From an uncultured Gemmatimonadales bacterium (GTDB taxonomy: Bacteria > Gemmatimonadota > Gemmatimonadetes > Palauibacterales > Palauibacteraceae), in NCBI GenBank assembly GCA_963783385.1, contig CAWANJ010000009.1, forward strand, positions 288,001 through 352,000: 64,000 bases of DNA, given 5' to 3'. The notes beneath the pieces are model-generated. The model did not search any database, was not told the DNA's origin, and saw nothing but the letters and a program-made list of their open reading frames with translations. Below are positions 39,916 to 51,814 of the stretch, piece after piece; position 1 is the first letter of the stretch, and each line of letters begins with the position of its first letter. The translations under genes and the position numbers were made by a program.

Positions 39916-39928
39916 AGGGGAGTCGCGC

Positions 39929-41473
39929 GTGACCGACCGCATTCTCATCCTCGACTACGGGTCCCAGTTCACGCGGCTCATCGCCCGCCGCATTCGGGAA
40001 CAGCGGGTCTACTGCGAGATCCACGGACCCGACCGCACGCCGGAGTGGGTGCGCGAGTGGGGTCCGGCCGGGATCATCCTTTCGGGCGGTCCGGCCAGCG
40101 TCTACGACGAGGGAGTGCCGGACATCGATTCGGGTCTCCTGGAGCTCGACCTCCCGGTGCTGGGCATCTGTTACGGCATGGGGCTCCTGGCACGGTGGGC
40201 GGGTGGGCGCGTGGTCGGCGGGGCGCGACGGGAGTACGGGCGCGCCGAGATGGAGATCCGCGATCCCGACCGCCTGTTCAGGGGATTCGGTCCGGGCGAG
40301 ACGACGACCGTGTGGATGAGTCACGGGGACCACGTCGAGACGGCGCCCGAGGGCTTCGAGGTCCTGGCCGGGACCGAGAGCCTCCCCGTGGCCGCCTTCC
40401 GGCACGCGACCCGGGAGATCTACGGTGTCCAGTTCCATCCCGAGGTGGCTCACACGACCCGCGGCGAGGAGATCCTCGAGAACTTCGTGTTCGGCATCTG
40501 CGGCTGCGCCGGCGAATGGACCCCGGGCAGCATCGTGGACTCGCGCGTGGAGGCGATCCGGGAGCAGGTGGGCCCGGAGGCGGCCGCGATCTGCGGCCTG
40601 TCGGGAGGGGTCGACTCGTCGGTGGCCGCGGCGCTCGTCCACCGCGCGATCGGGGATCGACTCACCTGCATCTTCGTGGACACGGGCTTGCTCCGGAAGG
40701 GTGAGCGCGAGTCGGTCCAGCGGGTGTTCGGAGAGCACCTCGGGTTCCGGCTCGAGGTGGTGGACGCCGCGGCGCGCTTCCTGGAGCGCCTGCGCGGCAT
40801 CGAGGACCCGGAGGAGAAGCGGATCCGCATCGGTCACACCTTCATCGACGTGTTCGAGGAGGCGGCTCGCCGCCACGGTGACGCCCGCTATCTGGTGCAG
40901 GGCACGCTGTACCCGGACGTGATCGAGTCCACCTCGGTGAGCGGACCGTCGGCCACGATCAAGTCGCACCACAACGTGGGAGGGCTCCGGCCCGACCACC
41001 CGTTCGAGCTCGTCGAGCCGCTACGGGAGCTGTTCAAGGACGAAGTGCGAGCCGTGGGACGGGAGCTGGGACTCCCCGAGGAGATGGTGGGTCGCCACCC
41101 CTTCCCGGGCCCCGGTCTGGCGATTCGCATCCTGGGGGAAGTGACCGCCGATCGGCTCGAGACGCTGCGGGCCGCCGACGCCATCTACCTCGAGGAGATC
41201 CGGGCCGCGGAGCTGTACGACGAGATCTGGCAGGCGTTCGCCGTGCATCTCCCGGTGCGGTCGGTGGGCGTGATGGGAGACGCGCGCACCTACGAGAACG
41301 TGGTCGCCCTGCGGGCCGTGACCAGCCGGGACGGGATGACGGCCGACTGGTACCCGATGCCCTACGAGGTGCTGGGGCGTACCGCGTCCCGCCTGATCAA
41401 CGAGGTCCCGGGCGTCAACCGGGTGGTGTACGACGTGTCGTCCAAGCCCCCGGCCACGATCGAGTGGGAGTGA
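39929..41473 (+). CDS. guaA: GMP synthase (glutamine-hydrolysing)
   Basis: [40 protein letters not shown]. Confidence 0.98.
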   Translation: MTDRILILDYGSQFTRLIARRIREQRVYCEIHGPDRTPEWVREWGPAGIILSGGPASVYDEGVPDIDSGLLELDLPVLGICYGMGLLARWAGGRVVGGARREYGRAEMEIRDPDRLFRGFGPGETTTVWMSHGDHVETAPEGFEVLAGTESLPVAAFRHATREIYGVQFHPEVAHTTRGEEILENFVFGICGCAGEWTPGSIVDSRVEAIREQVGPEAAAICGLSGGVDSSVAAALVHRAIGDRLTCIFVDTGLLRKGERESVQRVFGEHLGFRLEVVDAAARFLERLRGIEDPEEKRIRIGHTFIDVFEEAARRHGDARYLVQGTLYPDVIESTSVSGPSATIKSHHNVGGLRPDHPFELVEPLRELFKDEVRAVGRELGLPEEMVGRHPFPGPGLAIRILGEVTADRLETLRAADAIYLEEIRAAELYDEIWQAFAVHLPVRSVGVMGDARTYENVVALRAVTSRDGMTADWYPMPYEVLGRTASRLINEVPGVNRVVYDVSSKPPATIEWE

Positions 41474-41495
41474 GGCCTTCGACCGGGAGGATCCC

Positions 41496-42254
41496 ATGGC
41501 CGAGCTGAAGGAGCTGGTCGAGTACCTGGACCGCTACCTGCGCGTGGCGGAGATCCCGGACTACGCCGGAGCCTACAACGGTCTCCAGGTGGCCAGTCGC
41601 TCGCCGGTGGACCGGATCGCGGCCGCGGTCGACGCGTGCCAGGAGACGATCGAGGCGGCCGTGGGGCAGGGGGCGCAGCTCCTCGTCGTGCACCACGGGC
41701 TGTTCTGGGGCGATCCGCTGCCCGTCACCGGTCGCAGCTACCGGAGGCTCCGCGCCCTGTTCGAGGCCGACCTGGCCGTGTACTCGGCACACCTGCCCCT
41801 GGACGTGCACCCGCGCGTGGGCAACAACGTGCTCCTCGCCGGCGCCCTCGGGTTCCCGGTGGAGGGCCGGTTCGGGACGCACGAGGGCCTGGAGGGCCTC
41901 GGCGTGTGGACGGCCGCCGACCTGCCGCGGGAGAAGCTCGCCGAGCGGCTGGAAAAGGCCTGCGGCGCGCCTCCGGTCGTCGTTCCGGGCGGTCCGGCCC
42001 ACGTGCGGCGGCTGGGCATCGTGACCGGAGCGGCCGCCTCGCTCCTCCCGCAGGCACGGGCGGAGGGGCTGGACACCTTCATCACCGGCGAAGGGTCCCA
42101 CCACACCTACCACGACGCCATGGAGTGGGGGATGAATCTCGTGTACGCGGGGCACTACGCCACCGAGACCTTCGGGGTGCGGGCGCTGGCCGGGCACCTG
42201 GCCGAGGAGTACGGCCTCGAGTGGAGCTTCCTGGACAACCCGACCGGGTTGTAG
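41496..42254 (+). CDS. Nif3/DUF34 dinuclear metal-centre protein
   Basis: NGLQV, VHHGLFW, HLPLDVH...GNN, AGHYATE. Confidence 0.93.
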   Translation: MAELKELVEYLDRYLRVAEIPDYAGAYNGLQVASRSPVDRIAAAVDACQETIEAAVGQGAQLLVVHHGLFWGDPLPVTGRSYRRLRALFEADLAVYSAHLPLDVHPRVGNNVLLAGALGFPVEGRFGTHEGLEGLGVWTAADLPREKLAERLEKACGAPPVVVPGGPAHVRRLGIVTGAAASLLPQARAEGLDTFITGEGSHHTYHDAMEWGMNLVYAGHYATETFGVRALAGHLAEEYGLEWSFLDNPTGL

Positions 42255-42256
42255 CC

Positions 42257-43183
42257 CTAGAACACCGAGAACTTCAAGCCTTTGAGGTAGCGCTCGGGGC
42301 GCTCGCGGATGTCCTTCGTGAGGAGCGCGATCTCCTCCGACGCCGACTGAATGTTCTCCGCCGCCGCCGTGACCTTGTCATACAGGTTGGCGTCGTTCAC
42401 GAGCTTGCCCAGCGAGCCCTGTCCGCCGTCGACCTTCTCGAGGATCGACGCCAGGGAGCGGCTCGACGCGTCCAGGCCCTTGCTCGTCTCGTGCAGCCGT
42501 CCCGTGAGAGAGTCGATCCGGACGAGCGTCTCCTGGAGCTCGGGTCCCGACGTGGCCCCGGCCAGCTGCGAGGAGGTCTTGTCGAGGCTCTCGATCAGCG
42601 ACGCCAGGGTCTGGCGCTCGCTGTCGACCAGCCCCCGGAGGTCGTGCATCGTCCCGGACAGGTCCTCGGCGCTGGAGTGCATGGCGGCGATCACGCTGTC
42701 GGCCAACAGCCGCTGGGTCCGGTCCAGTACCGACTGCGCGTCCTTCCCGAGCGAGCCGGCCATGGTCTGCAGGTCGGGAGCCGGCACGGCCGCGATCGTG
42801 TCGCCCGCCGCCAGGGGTTCCGGGGCCTTGCCGGGCTCCAGGACGAGCGTCTGGGTGCCGAGGAAGCCCGAAGACTGGATCACGGCCTTGCTGTCGCGCG
42901 GAAGGGTCACGGTCTGGCTCACCGAGACGTCCAGGACGACGCCGCCCTTCGCCAGCCCCACGTGGTCCACCGACCCCACGTCCACGCCGTGCAGGTAGAC
43001 GCGGCTTCCGGGCGTCATCTGCTGGGCATTGGGCGTGAACACGGCGAAGGCGAAGCTGCCTCCCCCGATGCCACTCCCGCTGAGCCAGACCACTCCCCAG
43101 ACGAGCGCGATGATGGACACGAGCACGAGGACGCCGACCTGCACCTCGGCGCCGTGCTGCGTCCTCAGGCCGGGGTCTCTCAT
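42257..43183 (-). CDS. mlaD: MlaD/MCE family protein
   Basis: N-terminal TM, MCE domain (GSRVYLHGVDVGSV, GFLG), helical tail GSLGKLVND. Confidence 0.9.
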   Translation of the reverse strand: MRDPGLRTQHGAEVQVGVLVLVSIIALVWGVVWLSGSGIGGGSFAFAVFTPNAQQMTPGSRVYLHGVDVGSVDHVGLAKGGVVLDVSVSQTVTLPRDSKAVIQSSGFLGTQTLVLEPGKAPEPLAAGDTIAAVPAPDLQTMAGSLGKDAQSVLDRTQRLLADSVIAAMHSSAEDLSGTMHDLRGLVDSERQTLASLIESLDKTSSQLAGATSGPELQETLVRIDSLTGRLHETSKGLDASSRSLASILEKVDGGQGSLGKLVNDANLYDKVTAAAENIQSASEEIALLTKDIRERPERYLKGLKFSVF

Positions 43184-43929
43184 GCCACCATTGTGAGGTC
43201 GGAGCGGCCGGAAAGAAATCTCTGCACGGCTAGATTCTCGCTGTTCTTCATGTCCTCGGGCGTTCCCAGCGCCTGGATCTTGCCCTCCGCCAGCAGGGCG
43301 ATCCTGTCACCGAGGAAGAAGGCCGACTCCACGTCGTGCGTGACCACGACGCTGGTGAGGCCGATCTCCTCTTTGAGGCGCGCGATGAGGTCGTTGACGA
43401 CCGCGGCGTTGACCGGGTCGAGGCCCGTGGTGGGCTCGTCGTAGAGCACGTATTTGCGGCGGCCGACGATCGAGCGCGCGATGGCGACGCGCTTTTGCAT
43501 GCCTCCCGACAGCTCCGCGGGCAGGAGCCCGAGTACCTCGAGCCCCAGGTTGACGTGCGTGAGGCTCTCCCGCACCCGCCGCGCGCACTCCTCGTGCTCC
43601 CGGTCGCAGAGCTCTGCGTCCAGTCCCAGACGGATGTTCTGCGCCACGGTCAGGGAGTCGAACAGGGCCGAGTTCTGGAACACGTAACTGATCTTAGATC
43701 GAATGAGGCCGATCTCGCGGCCCCCGGCCCGGGTCACCGACAGGCCATCCACCAGGATGTCGCCCTCGTCGGGGTCGAACAGGCCGACGATGTGCTTGAT
43801 GAGCACGCTCTTCCCCGTGCCGGACGGACCCATGATGACCAGGGTCTCGCCCTCGCGGACGTCCAGGTCGATCCCGTCCAGCACCTTCTTGCCGTTCAGG
43901 ACCTTTTTGAGATTCCGGATCTCGATCAT
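43180..43929 (-). CDS. mlaF: MlaF family ABC ATPase
   Basis: GPSGTGKS, FQNSALFDSL, LSGGMQKRVAIAR, YDEPTTGLDP, VTHD. Confidence 0.93.
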   Translation of the reverse strand: MIEIRNLKKVLNGKKVLDGIDLDVREGETLVIMGPSGTGKSVLIKHIVGLFDPDEGDILVDGLSVTRAGGREIGLIRSKISYVFQNSALFDSLTVAQNIRLGLDAELCDREHEECARRVRESLTHVNLGLEVLGLLPAELSGGMQKRVAIARSIVGRRKYVLYDEPTTGLDPVNAAVVNDLIARLKEEIGLTSVVVTHDVESAFFLGDRIALLAEGKIQALGTPEDMKNSENLAVQRFLSGRSDLTMVA

Positions 43930-43957
43930 GCCGTAGGGTCCTCCGCTGCCCCGAGCC

Positions 43958-44836
43958 TCACGATACGGCCCGGTAGATGGGCGCCAGCAGGACGTCCAGC
44001 ACCATGATGGCCACGATGATGGACACCACGGCGTTCGTGGTGGTCCGCCCGACCCCGGCGGCTCCTCCCTGGGCCTGAATGCCGACGTAGCAACCGATGA
44101 AGCTGACGGCGAAGCCGAACGCCAGGGCCTTGATCAGTGACAGCACGAGTTGGGCCGAATGGTAGATGGCCCGGGCTCCGTAGACGTACTGGTGCGTCGT
44201 CATCGGCAGCAGGGTGATCCCGGTCAGCCAGCCGCTGAAGATCCCGGCCGCGTTGGCCAGGACGACGAGCGGGATCATGACGATGATCCCCGCCAGCACG
44301 CGCGGCACGATCAGCTCGAGCACGGGGTCCCGGTTCAGCGTCCGCAGCGCGTCGATCTGGTCGGTGACGCGCATCGTGCCCAGCTCGGCCCCCATTCCCG
44401 CCCCTACGCGTCCCGCCAGGATGATGGCGGTCAGCACCGGCCCGAGCTCCGTGATCATGCCGGATACCACGCCCTCGCCCACCACCCACATGGGAAGGGT
44501 GGTGAACTGGTATCCCGTCTGCTGGGCGAGGACCGCACCGCTGAGGGCCGCCACCAGGAGCACCAGCCCCAGGCTGTCCACGCCGATCCGCTTGGCCTGG
44601 ACGAAGGTCTCGTGGAGGTAGCGACGCGGCTGGCCCATGGCCCGCACGGTCGCCGCCATGAGGATCGTGCTGCGGCCGGCGTGGCGCGCCACGCCGATGC
44701 CGAGGCGGCCCAGGGCCCGCAGCCAGGCGGGGCCGGGTGCCTCGACGTCGTCTGCGGTCGGCACCCGCTCGTGCCCGTCGCGGAGGGCATCCGCGGCGGG
44801 GCTGCCCGTCGGGCTGCTGTCGCCGTCCTCGTTCAT
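43958..44836 (-). CDS. mlaE: MlaE family ABC permease
   Basis: ELGPVLTAIILAGRVGAG.GAELGTMRVTDQIDAL, GGAAGVGRTTT.AVV. Confidence 0.93.
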   Translation of the reverse strand: MNEDGDSSPTGSPAADALRDGHERVPTADDVEAPGPAWLRALGRLGIGVARHAGRSTILMAATVRAMGQPRRYLHETFVQAKRIGVDSLGLVLLVAALSGAVLAQQTGYQFTTLPMWVVGEGVVSGMITELGPVLTAIILAGRVGAGMGAELGTMRVTDQIDALRTLNRDPVLELIVPRVLAGIIVMIPLVVLANAAGIFSGWLTGITLLPMTTHQYVYGARAIYHSAQLVLSLIKALAFGFAVSFIGCYVGIQAQGGAAGVGRTTTNAVVSIIVAIMVLDVLLAPIYRAVS

Positions 44837-45258
44837 CGTGCCTCCGCCGCGGCGGGGATCCACCCGGCGCGGGCCAGGGAGTCGGCCACGGTCCGGATGC
44901 GGTTCCACACATCCTTGAGGCGGCTGGGATCGTCCCCGAGCCGGGCCGCGTAGGACAGAAGGGCGCTGTCGGCCACTCCCCAGCGGCGCAGGACGAGGGC
45001 GTGAGCCGAATCCCGGCTCAGGTTCGCCGGCCGAGCGTACTCGGCGGGAGCCAGGAGCGAATCAGTCAGCGAGAGTCGGGCCATCACCTGCACGTAGGTG
45101 GACTCCGGGAGGACTCCGGGGGCCGCGGAGGACCGACCGCCGCACGCGACCCCGGCGAGCAGCGCCATCAACGCCACGGTCGCCGCGGGCGTCTCGCGAC
45201 GACGCCGCTCCGGCCCTCGGAGCGGGCGCGCGCGCGAGGCGTCGGTCTCGCTGCTCAT
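44833..45258 (-). CDS. Small helical lipoprotein (possibly DUF4296-like)
   Basis: Lipobox LAGVAC; ATGA overlap with mlaE. Start and family assignment uncertain. Confidence 0.65.
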   Translation of the reverse strand: MSSETDASRARPLRGPERRRRETPAATVALMALLAGVACGGRSSAAPGVLPESTYVQVMARLSLTDSLLAPAEYARPANLSRDSAHALVLRRWGVADSALLSYAARLGDDPSRLKDVWNRIRTVADSLARAGWIPAAAEAR

Positions 45259-45355
45259 CTCTACGATGCGAATCCAGGTTGGAAGCCGCGACGGGACACC
45301 GCGCACCCACCGCGCGACGCGGCCGGAACCAATGGGCGATGCCGGGACAGGGTGG

Positions 45356-45385
45356 AGGCTACCCGCTCGCCGCGCGGGCTGTCAA
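45356..45385 (-). promoter_or_regulatory. Putative sigma70 promoter TTGACA-18-TAGCCT for lipoprotein-mlaEFD
   Basis: Perfect -35 on the reverse strand at 45385-45380; -10 at 45361-45356. Confidence 0.55.
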
Positions 45386-45677
45386 GCCAGCCGGCGCCGA
45401 CGGGGCGCCTCCCGGCGTCCCTCCGACTGCCGGCCCGGCGGCATCCCGGCGGCGTTCCGGAGACCTGCCGATCTGACATGGAGGCGGGGCCGGCGAGCGG
45501 CAGGCCACGCCTGATCGGCGTGACTCTCCCGTCGAGGTGCCCTTTCGGCCTCTCCCCGGAGGGCCTTCGAGGGCACGTGTCTTGCCCCTCCTCGGGTACC
45601 GTGAGCGGCCGGCGGTGGCGGTCCGAGAGGGCCTGCGCCCCGGCCACCCGAAGGTGGGCCAAGCCCCGGAGGCCAGC

Positions 45678-46190
45678 ATGGACGAGGAGCGCACGGAGGC
45701 GCCGGACGTCGAGACCGGCGAGCAGGAAGCGGCCGCCGAAGCGGAAGCGGAGGGCGACGGCCGCAGCCGGAAGTCCCGGAGTGCATGGAGCGAGGCGTTC
45801 TCGGACATGCAGCAGGTGGTCGAGGACGTGATCGAAGGCGTGCGACAGTTTCCGCCGGTCTCGGCGCGAGGCCCCCGGCTGGATCTGGTGCGGACCGGAG
45901 ATCGCGGCTACCGCGTCTACGTCGACCTCCCTGGCGTCGATCGGGGGGCGGTGGACGTCACCACGGTGGCAGACGAGCTGGTCGTGTCGGGCGAGCGGGA
46001 GCAGCCGGCCCTGCCCGAGGGCTCGGAGGTCCTGCGCGCGGAGCGCTCGCACGGGCGCTTCCGTCGGTCCCTCCGTCTGCCCGCGGACGTGGACGTGGAC
46101 GCGATCCGCGCCCGGCTCGTCGAGGGCGTGCTGGAGATCTCCCTGCCACGCAAGGGAACGGTCGAGTCCCGCGCGGTCGAGATCGAGTGA
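45678..46190 (+). CDS. Hsp20/alpha-crystallin small heat-shock protein
   Basis: VDLPGV, VSGER, ERSHGRFRRSLRLP, GVLEISLPR; GGAGG RBS. Confidence 0.92.
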   Translation: MDEERTEAPDVETGEQEAAAEAEAEGDGRSRKSRSAWSEAFSDMQQVVEDVIEGVRQFPPVSARGPRLDLVRTGDRGYRVYVDLPGVDRGAVDVTTVADELVVSGEREQPALPEGSEVLRAERSHGRFRRSLRLPADVDVDAIRARLVEGVLEISLPRKGTVESRAVEIE

Positions 46191-46245
46191 TGCCGGGCGT
46201 GGGCCGGGAGTCCATCCAGATCCGAGCACACCGGGGAGCTGAGCA

Positions 46246-48889
<2,644 letters not shown>

Positions 48890-48975
48890 CCCGAGCATCC
48901 CGTCCGCCTACATCCTGCCGGGGGCGGCTCCCGCCGGGTCGCCTCCCCGATCCCCCAGCCCGGATGGGAGCCAGC

Positions 48976-49455
48976 GTGGAGAGTCGAGCCCGAGCTCGTC
49001 GGATGCTGCGAGCCGGGGCCGTCGCGTGCGGCCTCGCGGTGTGGGCCTCGTGCGCCAGCTCGGGTCGCGTGCTGAGCGCGCCCCGTAGCCAGTACGGCTC
49101 GATGACGCCCGAGCAGACCGTGCATGCCTTCCTGGATGCGGCCCAGTCGAAGGACTACGAGCGCATGGGGCAGCAGTTCGGGACCCACAAGGGGCCGGCC
49201 GAGCTCACGCTGGGCGTGAGGGACGTCGAGCAGCGCATGGTCGTGCTGGCCGCCTTCCTGGAGCACTCGGGCTACGACGTCAAGGCCGCCCATCAGGCGT
49301 TGCTGGAGCCCTACGAACACCGCCTGCTGGTGACCATGACGGGCACCAGCCGCGGGACCGTGACGTTGCCGTTCATCACCGTTTCGACGGAGAACGGCCG
49401 CTGGTTCCTCGAGAAGATCGACCTGAGCTCTCTCACCCGCGAAGGCCAGCCCTGA
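48976..49455 (+). CDS. Hypothetical lipoprotein (NTF2-like pattern)
   Basis: Signal with VWASC lipobox-like site; TPEQTVHAFLDA...DY...GRWFLEKIDL; GGGAG RBS before GTG. Confidence 0.7.
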   Translation: MESRARARRMLRAGAVACGLAVWASCASSGRVLSAPRSQYGSMTPEQTVHAFLDAAQSKDYERMGQQFGTHKGPAELTLGVRDVEQRMVVLAAFLEHSGYDVKAAHQALLEPYEHRLLVTMTGTSRGTVTLPFITVSTENGRWFLEKIDLSSLTREGQP

Positions 49456-49489
49456 CGGGGTCCCCGTACCCGTCCGCCAGCTGGACGGG

Positions 49490-49849
49490 CGCCCCCCCCG
49501 GCCGGGATGGACCGGAACCGCCCCACGCGCTTCAGGGACCTCACCGGCACGACGTCCTCGAACAGGGGATAGTCGGGAAATCCGCCGCTGGCGGCGAATG
49601 CCCGGCGCCGCGCGCAGATGACCTGGTCTCCCGTGGCGGTGCGCCACCGGCGGGACGTCGTCGCGATGCGATCCCCGGCCGGGAGGGGCCCGCACCACCG
49701 TGGCCATCCGCTCGGCCTCCCGCACGGTCCCGTCCGTGCCGCCTCCGTCCGCCACGATGAGCTCCGCCGCGTCGCCGAACGCAGGGTGTGTCGCCCGGTC
49801 CGTCCCCCTCGTCGAGCGTGGGCCCGGTGATCGAGAGCGACCTCGTCAC
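49490..49849 (-). pseudogene. Decayed GT2 glycosyltransferase (TIGR04283-like)
   Basis: Three homology blocks in three frames: SLSITGPTLDE / ELIVADGGGTDGTV...VVRAPPGRG / TGDQVICARRRAFAASGGFPDYPLFEDV..VRSLKRVG. Central DxD region absent. Confidence 0.72.
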
Positions 49850-50268
49850 GGGCTCTCGGCGCGCGGATCCGGCTCGGCCTCGACCATCTCCAGCAGGACG
49901 CCGCCCGTGGACCGTGGGTGCAGGAAGGCTACCCGGCGCCCGCCGGCGCCGACGCGGATCCCGGGGGGCAGGGGCTCGGCGCCGCGGTCGGCGGCCCCGG
50001 CGAGGGCGGCGTCCAGGTCGTCGACGACCAGGCATACGTGGTGGAGGCCGGGCCCGCGGCGCTCGAGGAAACGGGCCACGGGGCTGTCGGCAGCCGTGGG
50101 CTCGAGGAGCTCGACCCGTCCCGCTCCCTCGCCGAAGAAGGCCACACGGACGCCCTCGGACTCGACCACCTCGCGACCGGAGGGTGGCGTGCCTAGCAGC
50201 GCCTCGTAAAGGGGTACGCTATCCGACAGCGCGTTGACCGCGATGCCGACGTGATCGACCTTGCTCAT
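49846..50268 (-). CDS. mce: Methylmalonyl-CoA epimerase
   Basis: DHVGIAV, EGVRVAF, VELLEP, GPGLHHVC, FLHPRSTGGVLLEMV. Confidence 0.93.
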   Translation of the reverse strand: MSKVDHVGIAVNALSDSVPLYEALLGTPPSGREVVESEGVRVAFFGEGAGRVELLEPTAADSPVARFLERRGPGLHHVCLVVDDLDAALAGAADRGAEPLPPGIRVGAGGRRVAFLHPRSTGGVLLEMVEAEPDPRAESP

Positions 50269-50487
50269 GCGCTCCTCTCCCGCTCCGGGCTCGTCGCCGC
50301 GATCGGGCTCCCCCGGATCGGCGAACATTCGGTGGCACCAGCGGTAATGTGAGAGGGTGACACGACCGGCGCACGGGGGAGACGCGGGTGACGGGAGCGC
50401 AGGGCCGCCCGACCGGGGCGGTCCGCCGGTCGCACTATCGGATACGGTCGAGCGGTTTCAACGAATCATCGAAGACGAGGACGAGCG

Positions 50488-50820
50488 ATGAGTGCGGACG
50501 CGGGGCTGATCGAGCTGACGGACGACAACTTCGAGACGGAGATCGAGGGCGCCGCTGGACTGGCTCTGGTGGACTTCTGGGCCGAATGGTGCGGGCCGTG
50601 CCGGATGGTGAGCCCCATCGTCGAGGAGCTGGCCGAGGAGTATGCGGGGCGCATGAAGGTCGGCAAGATGGACGTGGACGAGAACCAGAGGACGACCCAG
50701 CGGTTCCAGATCCGCTCCATTCCGAGCATCCTGTTCTTCAAGGACGGGGCGCACGTGGACACGGTCGTGGGCGCGGTGCCCAAGGCCGCCCTGGAGCGCA
50801 AGATCAAGGAGCACGTCTGA
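50488..50820 (+). CDS. trxA: Thioredoxin
   Basis: VDFWAEWCGPC, RSIP. Confidence 0.97.
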   Translation: MSADAGLIELTDDNFETEIEGAAGLALVDFWAEWCGPCRMVSPIVEELAEEYAGRMKVGKMDVDENQRTTQRFQIRSIPSILFFKDGAHVDTVVGAVPKAALERKIKEHV

Positions 50821-50891
50821 GGGCGCGCCGGCCGCCCCGGACGAAGGGGCGGGACACCGGCCGGGACACCGGGCCGGCGACCCGGGGAGAG

Positions 50892-50930
50892 ACGCCTCCC
50901 GGTCCCTCGGGGACCGGGAGGCGTTCTGCT
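50892..50930 (+). terminator. Probable terminator hairpin after trxA
   Basis: 15-bp perfect inverted repeat ACGCCTCCCGGTCCC/GGGACCGGGAGGCGT with a weak T tail. Confidence 0.65.
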
Positions 50931-50971
50931 GGAGGGGCCCGGGACCCGGCCTGAAGGCGGAACGAGGAGGT

Positions 50972-51814
50972 ATGGAGAGCGCCCTGTACGTGGTCGGGAC
51001 ACCGATCGGCAACCTGGAGGACCTCGGCCGCCGCGCCGCGACGGTGCTGGCCGGCGTCGATCGCGTGTACGCTGAGGACACGCGGCACACGGGACGGTTG
51101 CTCGCCGCGGCCGGCATCGACGCGGAGCTCCGCTCCCTGCACGAACACAACGAGGCGTCCCGGTGTTCGGAGGTCGTGGACCTCCTCCTCGGCGGACGCA
51201 GCGCCGCCGTCGTGTCGGATGCCGGCACGCCGGTCATCTCGGATCCGGGGAGCCGGGTCGTGCAGGCCGTGCTGGCCGCCGGCCTGCCGGTCCGAACCGT
51301 GCCGGGGCCGTCGGCACCCGCCGCCGCCCTGTCGGTCTCGGGCTTCCCGGCGGATCGCTATCTGTTCCTCGGATTTCCCCCACGCTCCGGCGGGGAGCGG
51401 GAGGAGTGGCTCGCGCGCCTCTCGGAGAGCCCGGTGACCGTGGTGGCGTTCGAGTCGCCCCGACGGGTCGCTGAGCTGGCCGCGGACCTGGTGCGATCCG
51501 GACTCGGCGAGCGCCGGTGCGTGCTGTGCCGCGAGCTCACGAAGCTGCACGAGGAAGTGTCGTCCGGGACGGTCGCCGAGCTGGCCGATCGTCTGGCGGG
51601 CACGGAGGTCCGGGGCGAGGTGACGCTGGTCATCGAGGCGGGAGCCTCCCCCGACTGGAGGGACCGACTCGGCGACATCCGAGAGGAAGCCTGCCGCCGG
51701 ATCGAAGCGGGTGACAGCACTCGGGACGTGGCCACGCACCTGCAGGAGCGCTTCCGGATGCCGCGGAACGAGGCGTACGCGCTGGCCCTGGACGCCGGGA
51801 CCGGCGGGACGTGA
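50972..51814 (+). CDS. rsmI: 16S rRNA C1402 2'-O-methyltransferase
   Basis: LYVVGTPIGNLED, AEDTR, VSDAGTPVISDPG, FESPRR, RELTKLHEE. Confidence 0.96.
   Translation: MESALYVVGTPIGNLEDLGRRAATVLAGVDRVYAEDTRHTGRLLAAAGIDAELRSLHEHNEASRCSEVVDLLLGGRSAAVVSDAGTPVISDPGSRVVQAVLAAGLPVRTVPGPSAPAAALSVSGFPADRYLFLGFPPRSGGEREEWLARLSESPVTVVAFESPRRVAELAADLVRSGLGERRCVLCRELTKLHEEVSSGTVAELADRLAGTEVRGEVTLVIEAGASPDWRDRLGDIREEACRRIEAGDSTRDVATHLQERFRMPRNEAYALALDAGTGGT

Noticed and set aside
45517-45542. CIRCE-like GACTC...GAGGTGCC upstream of hsp20
   Set aside because: Does not fit TTAGCACTC-N9-GAGTGCTAA in arm sequence or spacing.
50851-50890. Short direct repeat GGGACACCGG(G)CC as a CRISPR or REP element
   Set aside because: Only two adjacent copies, no spacers, no cas genes, and not seen elsewhere in the window.
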